Program-made: the position numbers and the translations under genes
In this document: piece by piece, positions 56,352-64,000 of the stretch
Layout of the letters: the number at the start of each line of letters is the position of its first letter
How positions within the stretch are numbered: position 1 is the first letter of the stretch
Notes under the pieces: model-generated
What the model saw: the letters and a program-made list of their open reading frames with translations, nothing else
Told to the model about the DNA's origin: nothing
The model's database searches: none
DNA from: Octopus vulgaris
Taxonomy: Eukaryota
Length of the DNA stretch: 64,000 nucleotides
NCBI GenBank assembly: GCA_951406725.2
Contig: OX597836.1
Location: forward strand, 2,170,001-2,234,000
Reading direction: 5' to 3'

Positions 56352-56570
56352 AGTTAATCCAAACAAGAAAACACACAAAAAAAACCACAAAAAATACAAC
56401 AACGCGAGGACGTGGAATAAATATAGTATTATTGGACGCTTAGGAAAGAAGGGAAGAAGGAGGGTTTAATGTTTCGTGCGGAGCTCTCCGTCGGAAATAT
56501 AGGAGAAGGAAAGATCCAGAGAAGGGAAGACGGAGGAAAAAAAATCGCCAACGGTACACACAAGGTCACA
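56352..56570 (-). mobile_element. Short pLTR/hammerhead element (same family as 16486-16678), core mutated
   Basis: Minus strand TTT-CCGACGG-A-GAGC-TCC-GCAC-GAAAC-ATT-AAAC; overall high identity to 16486-16678. Confidence 0.78.
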
Positions 56571-56631
56571 TTTTATGCGTGTTTGTGTGTAATTATGTGT
56601 TCGTTTGTGTGTGCATGCCTGTCTATCACTC

Positions 56632-56914
56632 GTGAGTGGATTTGGTTGACGGAAACTGAAAGAAGCATGTCGTATAAATACATATGTATGTATGTGTATA
56701 CGTTCGTGTGTCTGTCTTTGTCCCCACCAACATCGCTTGACAACCGATGCTGGTATGTTTACATCCCCGTAAATTAGCGGTTCGGCAAAAGAGACCGAGA
56801 GAATAAGTACTAGGCTTAGAAAGAATAAGTCCTGGGGTTCGATTTGCTCGACTAAAAGGTGGTGCTCCAGCATGGCCACACTCAAATGACGGAAACAAGT
56901 AAGAGTTAAAAGTA
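56632..56914 (+). mobile_element. SINE family A, 5'-truncated
   Basis: Aligns from GTGAGTGGATTTGG through the tail. Confidence 0.9.
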
Positions 56915-59089
56915 TGTGTGTGTGTGATATATATATGTGTGTGTGTGTGTGTGTGTAGATATGTCTATGTGCGTCTCTCTATATGTCTTCGTATCTTACG
57001 CCATTTGACACCGTAGTCTTAATCCAACCTGAAAACAACGACAAATCTATTCACATCTGTATAAATCAAGTGATTAGAAACGGGATCAATATTAATATTT
57101 ATTGTTCAGCTTTGTGTGCAATAAATTCATTATACCTTTACGAATCACAAAATATTTTAATTACTTATTTTACAAAAAATTACAAGAAATATATCTATAT
57201 ACGCAGTAGGAGACAAATGAGATCCAGAAGAGTAGGATGGAAATTAAAGGTTTCCATTGGTAACAAATGCACGAGAACGACTGATTTGATCGTATATTAA
57301 GCAGGACATTATTAGTTCTTTTCAAAACAGAACTGATTTCACGAAGTCGAATACAGCAGAACAAACTTTATTGAATACCACTCTTAATATATGTATGTAT
57401 GTGTGTCAGAATGTATCTATTATTATGTAGATATATATGTGTAATGGATTGTACGTATGTGCGCGTGTGCGTCAGTGTGTGTGTGTGAATTTATCTGCAT
57501 TTGCCAAATAAGAAATACTAATTACGCTTTATTTGTTTTAAATTATGAATAACAGCTTTAGTGAAAAATATTGCCTTTCTTTTCGTACGCGTGTGTTGAT
57601 TCCATTCGGTATGTAACATTGTATGTGATATACTGTGTGCTTCCGATCTCAAATAAGTCCATTGTCGATATCACATCATATATATATATATATATACACT
57701 CACATTCAATTTCCCAAATACTATATTCATATACATACATATATATGCATTTGTATGAATATATATATATATATATATATTCTTATGCATACATGCTTAT
57801 ATATATATACACATACATACCACTTAATACATTATTTTAATATCGATGTAATAAATATTTCTTTTTATCGTGTAATCAATTGATGAATTTTCTAAACTAA
57901 ATTATATTGCTATTTATATCGAACGCAATTAGCAAATAATTTATTGTAATTTTATCTTTTAATTCCAAATCTGTTGAATATATTTATTTTGGAAAAATAT
58001 TTCAAATTCGCCATTGTTGTTACTAATATTATAATTTCGTTACATAAGAATGTGAAAGTGCATTTAAATTTACTCCCGCAGCTATTAAAATTATTTTCTA
58101 CTTTGATGCTAATTCATTTATTTTGAAGAATTATATAAATATAATTTTGTCAAATGAAGACAACAATTTAAACCCATTAAAATTCATGTGTATTTTCCCA
58201 ATATTTACTTAATTTCAAACATGTAGTTTTATCTTTCAAAAATGATTTAGTATTTCTTTTTGTTTTACATTATTCACTTTTTAAGCCACAACCTTTTAAG
58301 CAGGAGACAACATTAATTCCAGGACTACTGTGCCAGTTTTTATTGATCTCAGTATTTTAATCCTACGATTTTGAATGAAGTGTAATAACAGAATACACGG
58401 AGTGAGTTCTTTCCCATGTAATTCTATCAAAGACAATATCCCTTTGTATCTATCATTATATCTATGATCACACTTGTCCGAGCTTAAGATATTTGCGTTC
58501 ACACTCTTTACATGAATAATTTGATAGGCGCTGTTAAAACATAGGAAGCATTAACGCGATTCGTTCGTTGTGCGTTTCTATAGTACCTTTCTTGAAGCAG
58601 CATGGGGTATACGAGTATATATATATGAGCGTGTGTGAGTGTTAGTTGACAACGAGTAAGTTCAAGACTTGTGAATAATTATTTGTAATAATAAATGTAA
58701 AATAATTAAAGACAATGCCAGTCCCTTTGTGACTTCAAAGCAGAGCAACATAAAAACATGTACTTACAGCAGATTGCTAAGAGTAATGCTGTACGCCTTT
58801 TCTCTCAGACTTATTGAACGTCTAGGAAGAAAGGACCAAATGTTACTTAGAAAGGAAATTGGTCCAATGGGGTTGAAGCAAAAATCATTCTGTTCACTAC
58901 AAAAGTGCTGAGCAACAGGTTATGTTTACAACCAAAATTATAATTCCCTACATAATTGGCTTTTTCCTCGTCTTGTCGATTCATATATTCATCTCACTCA
59001 TTCTCCCTCGTTTACTCTCTCTCTCCGTCCCTCCCTCCCTCTTCGAATGCATGTTTTTCCTATATTAAATCTTGGTTTTGGTTGTCGAA

Positions 59090-59560
59090 TTTGCTTTGTT
59101 GTATTGTTTTGTCCCTTATACCTTCTTCCTCTTTGACCGTCCATCGTAGTTTGACGTTGAATCTTCTTAAGTAATCATCTGAGGCTGATGCCGGAGTCTT
59201 CATATGTCTCTTCAGTATGTTCCTGCACCGAAACCTCTGGACACCCTGGTCCCTTCTGCTCTGACGCCCTTCAGAAAAAGAAAAAGAAACTGCATTTTCT
59301 TACATCAATGACATGCCAAACATACAATAACGAGAATCTGAAATCATAACTCAATAGCAAAACATTTTTTTAATTAAATTTATTTCTATTTGTTGTTCGG
59401 CCATAGATTTTTAGCTTGCATTGTGCAAAATTCACTCGATTTTGCAGATGCAATCTGAATGTCTCTGGAATCAACGCGTGAAATTGTTTAATATGGGAAG
59501 CTCTTCATGTTCTGTTCAGCCACTTCACGGAGAAACGATAATTGGGAGGAAAAGCAAAGA
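59090..59560 (-). mobile_element. Decayed RTE-clade LINE C-terminal fragment
   Basis: KQFHA..LQNRV followed by EG...RDQGVQRFRCRNILKRHMK..GIS, resembling RTE FH.RCLR..WQD.V and G.R..GGQ..R.KD.LK. Confidence 0.55.
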
Positions 59561-60961
59561 GGTTAGAAGATCGCACGAAACAGATATCACGAGGCATCCT
59601 ATGAGACGGAGTAACAATCCTTGTCCTACAGTTGTTGATTATGCATCACTTACAAAATGATGAAAGGCAAAGTTACTCCCGGCAGCATTTGAAGTCACAG
59701 ACCAGAAAATTCCAGCACATCCAGTTCTCCACTAATCCGTTGCTCAATTCAACAAATCACGTCGGTATTGAAATGGGTTTTCAATGAATAGAAATGAACA
59801 TCAGTGATACATATGTAAATATGGCTGTTTATATGAGCGGCAGTTTCGTTATCACTATAAGGAGAGAAATCATGCATACATATATATGAATGCCAAACTC
59901 TACATCTTTAAGCATTCCCACCTCGAAAAAATATGCCTCTTCGTTTCATCTTCGCTACATCAACCCAGAATGTGATCGAAATATGTATTTTATAATATTT
60001 TAATAACTAAATACTATTACTGTAACATGTTCTCGAGGACTCATTCTTAGTATCTCTCTCTCACGGTCTGTCTCTCTCTCACTCTGCCTGCGCTTAGTTC
60101 TCCACTTCATTCTCATGAAAGACAAACATTCCGAAACAGGAACATATGTCATTCCTTAAACTAGCATTGTATGTAACACGCTTCTGTATTCCGTTCCTGA
60201 TTTCGAAAAGCTTCTTGTTATATATTATTATTACTATTATATTACGTATAATATACTTTATTGTGTTACATATATTGCAACTTATTGCCTGCAGGATAAT
60301 ATAATATTACAATATAGTAATGCATAGTATATTGCATATTTCATAATTCTGCTTACCATAGTAATACTAATAACCCATTGTTAGATTTCTGAATACTTAT
60401 TAATATGTGTTACCTAAAAGCATCGCCAGTGTTGCAGTGTGAAGATACAATTATCTAGACTTTCAAAGTCTCATAACCTGTACCAGCAGCACAGAACAAA
60501 TATACCCGTTAACAAATAACAAAAGGAAACTAAAAATATAATTGGATTTGCTAGCTTAGAGTCGTTTCTATGACAAGAGCCAGGCATAGAAACACGAATA
60601 TTTGTCTGTAATCATAGAGTGTCATCGCAGTTGATAATCATGTACTTTTGTTTAGGAAAGCGTCTACAAAAGAAGATGCGCACAATGACACACAAATACA
60701 TACATACATATACAAACGCGCATACATACACACATACACTTCCATAGACTCGATTACAAATGAGTGTATAAATATATGTATATTAATGTTTGTTTTTATG
60801 TTCAGTTAAAATAAAAACAATTTACCATTAATGAGAAGTGCCACTCGATACTTTTGTAGAATATGAATTTATTATTCTTAAACAAGAACATTATTCTAGA
60901 ACACTTCGACATTGATAGAAAAAATATCAAAAATATGACAAAATTGTAAAATGTAGAGATA

Positions 60962-61250
60962 GGCGCAGGAGTGGCTCTGTAGTAAGTAGCTTGCTTACCA
61001 ACCACATGGTTCCAGGTTCAGTCCCACTGCGTGGCACCTTGGGCAAAAGTGAATTCTACTATAGCCTCGGGTCGACCAAATCTTTGTGAGTGGATTTGGT
61101 AGGCGGAAACTAAAAGTAGCCTTTGGTATATATGTATGTGTATCTGTGTTTGTCCCCACCTAACATCGCTTGACAACATATGCTGGTGTGTTTACGTACC
61201 CGTAACCTACCGGTTCGGCAAAACAGACCGTTAGAATAAGTACTAGTCTT
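60962..61250 (+). mobile_element. SINE family A, tail missing
   Basis: Intact head GGCGCAGGAGTGGCT..GGTTCAGTCCC through AGAATAAGTACTAG. Confidence 0.92.
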
Positions 61251-61284
61251 TTGTAGCGATCTTACTTAGAATCTAATATTCCTT

Positions 61285-61665
61285 TAGTCTTTTGTTCGTT
61301 TCAGTCATTTGACTGCGGCTATGCTGGAGCACTGCCTTCAGTCGAACAAATCAACCCCAGGACTTATTATTTGTAAACCTAATACTTAGTGGTTTGGCAA
61401 AATAGCGATAGAATAAGTTACGGGGACATAAATACACGAGTATTGGTTGTCAAGCGATGTTGGGGGACAAACACAGACACACAAACATATATATTGTGTG
61501 TGTTCATGTGTCAATATAGGACGGTCTTCTTCCAGTTTCCGTCTACCAAATACACTAACAAGGCTTTGGTCGGCCCGCAGTTATAGTAGAAGACAGTTGC
61601 CCACGGTGCCACGCAGTGGGACTGAACCCGGAACCATGCGGTTGGTAAGCAAGCTATTTACCAAC
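61285..61665 (-). mobile_element. SINE family A, inverted relative to its neighbour, with an internal micro-inversion
   Basis: The reverse complement aligns to family A from head to tail. Confidence 0.92.
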
Positions 61666-62448
61666 TGTATCCCATAAACGGAGATGATCGCAAAAATTTA
61701 CAATTTCTATAATATCAAGCCTAATACTTGATACAAAATACATGTTTATTAAAAGAGATTTAATTTTTATTTCAAGAAAACTTCTTTGTTTTCCAAAATT
61801 TCCTCATTCTTAGATTTGTAAGAATTATACTTTATTTTGTGATTAATCGTATTTTGTATATGGAATGCTCTCGGCTTATCTGCTCATGCTCTTTCGACAC
61901 CAATGATTAGAATCAAATAATGCTCAAAAATCGACGAAGAATGCTTATATCGTTTTTTCCGTCTATTACAGAGAAACGGTAAAATTTACCCTGTTTATAT
62001 GTCTACAATATAATATGAAGGGTAACGTTATTCACGTCGTTTATATAGAACATAATGTATATTAACTTCACATTTGGTATGGAATAAGCAACGTTCGTTT
62101 AAGGAAATGTTCGCAATATTGAATAAAATATTCAGTTCTTCAATTAAATCGATTTTTATTCACTCTATTAGACTTATAATACTCATACTGGATCATAGCT
62201 GTGATTCGCGAAGTGCTCCATTATCTATGAACACACACACATATTTTGTAAATAATAATTATTATTATTAAGAAGCATTAGACAGGTGAACAGATCGAAT
62301 AGTATGGTACCGTAAGCTGCAGGCTGTAAGCTCGCTACGCATGCAGGACGTCAGGGTCTCCAACAAAACCTGTGAAAAAGAGAAAATAATAACATTAATA
62401 ACAACAACGATAATTTTATATGTCCAGATTTTTATTAATATGTCACAT

Positions 62449-62524
62449 ATATTAGCGCTTGCATCTACTCTAGCAGACTCTTAAAGATTTGACTGTCTAC
62501 TAGAGTAGATGCAAGCGCTAATAT
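62449..62524. repeat. 30-bp near-perfect inverted repeat (hairpin), 16-nt loop
   Basis: ATATTAGCGCTTGCATCTACTCTAGCAGAC / GTCTACTAGAGTAGATGCAAGCGCTAATAT, one mismatch. Confidence 0.95.
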
Positions 62525-62556
62525 GTGATTTATAAAAACATGTGACATTATATATG

Positions 62557-62765
62557 TTTCCTACTCTAGGGAAAAGACCCGAAATTTTTAGTGATAGGGC
62601 AGGTCGATTAGATCGACCCCATTACGTAAGTGGTTCAACATTTATCGACCCCGAAAGGATGAAAGGCAAAGTCGACCTCGGCGGTATTTGAACTCGACGT
62701 AAAGACAGACGAAATATAGCCAAACATTTCGCCCGCGTGCTAACGTTTCTGCCAGCTTGCCGCCA
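62557..62765 (-). mobile_element. SINE family B with alternative tail
   Basis: Head and core match 47465-47632; the tail differs. Confidence 0.88.
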
Positions 62766-62892
62766 TATAATAATAACAATAGCAATAATAATAATAACAG
62801 AACGATTCTATGAGTAATCGATGGTAGATGTGTCGAAAGAATAATTAATAATAAATTCTCGTACATTCCATTTTCCATCTTTTACCACATAT

Positions 62893-63260
62893 AGGCGCAG
62901 GCATAACTTTGTTCTTCCCAAACACCTGATTCTGTTTTCAGTCCCAGGGACTAAACCGAGAACAACATTTTCTACTACAGCCTCTGACGGACAATGACTT
63001 ATGCCTGAATTTCAGTGTCGAAAACTGAATGAAGCTGGTCTAATATACGTGTATCTGTTTGCATCCGTCTGTGTTTGTCTCGCACCACCGTTAAACAACC
63101 GGTGCGCGTTTGTTTACGGCAAAAGAGACCGATTGAATAAATATGGACCTTAAAATAACTTGCACCAGGGTCGATCCATTCAAGTAAAAACAAGAACAAA
63201 AATATCTACGGTGCTTCCCCAGCAAGGGCACTGTGCAATAACTGAAGAATTAAGTAAAAT
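62893..63260 (+). mobile_element. SINE family A, old degraded copy
   Basis: AGGCGCAGG, TTCAGTCCCA, TTCTACTACAGCCTC and CGGCAAAAGAGACCGAT are collinear with family A. Confidence 0.75.
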
Positions 63261-63654
63261 ATTTAAGATAAATATATTTATATCTATCCGTATCTCCGTG
63301 CAGTAGGAGTATTATCCACAAATGTAAGTATTAAATTGAAAGAGTGGAGAAGAGAGAGAGACACACAGACAGACGTAAAATGAGTGTGGCATTGAAAGAG
63401 AAGTGAATATGCTAAATGTGTCACTGGCTTGCATGTCATTCTGTAACCGATTTTCATTAAACAAAATTGGTGCTCAATAGAGAATTAAAGAATGAAAAGA
63501 AAAAGAGTTTCCTTCTGACGCACAGCAGAAGCTTTCTTTTGGTTTATTTCATTTCGTTTTATTCGATTTGACATCACTCATAACGAAAGAGAATGAAACG
63601 TTCAGGACTATGCACAATGTTGTCATTGGTGTATTTGATAGTGCGTCCTCATGC

Positions 63655-63689
<35 letters not shown>

Positions 63690-64000
63690 CATACATCCAT
63701 ACACACAGACGCACATACACTCACATGTGTATGATTGTATATATACGTACATGTACTGTGTGTTCAGATATATAGATACAGATGTAATTACATATACAGA
63801 TATAGTTATAGATATTTATGTATGTGTGTGTGTGTGTGTGTATGTATGCATGTAAGCATTTGTGTATGATGTGTGTCTGTGTGTCACTTTATGAAATTAC
63901 ATTTTGTGTATTTTTTGATAAGATTCATCTTTAGCTAGATCACGTTTTGTGCATACTAGATTATTTTATTTTGTATCTACTTAGGTTTTATTCACTGCAT

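Noticed and set aside
59120-59270. Minus-strand exon-like segment with pyrimidine tract and AG/GT ends
   Set aside because: Its open frame matches an RTE LINE C-terminus, so it is better explained as a retroelement relic.
60564-60593. 9-bp hairpin GTTTCTATG/CATAGAAAC
   Set aside because: Short AT-rich stem expected by chance at this window size.

Overview
This is AT-rich eukaryotic non-coding DNA saturated with (TA)n, (CA)n, (AAT)n and (ATCT)n microsatellites. The tRNA-derived SINE families look like those I recall from Octopus (coleoid cephalopod) genomes; this is recognition from memory, not a database result. No host protein-coding gene can be supported, and nearly all long ORFs in the track are microsatellite artefacts. 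The non-microsatellite sequence is mostly transposon debris: two SINE families (11 copies annotated), CR1-group, RTE, R4/Dong and probable L1/Tx1 LINE fragments, two Penelope-like GIY-YIG endonuclease relics and a fold-back mariner derivative. The most notable signals are: (1) six short non-coding elements, most embedded in microsatellites, carrying minimal hammerhead-ribozyme-like motifs with a shared extra A after CUGANGA, one of them fused to a tRNA B-box; (2) a SINE tail shared with the 3' UTR of a CR1-group LINE in the same window; (3) several long inverted repeats and hairpins able to form dsRNA, including ~350 bp arms around a Penelope relic, a tail-to-tail SINE pair with an internal micro-inversion, and a 30-bp near-perfect hairpin. 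Coordinates of degraded elements are approximate.
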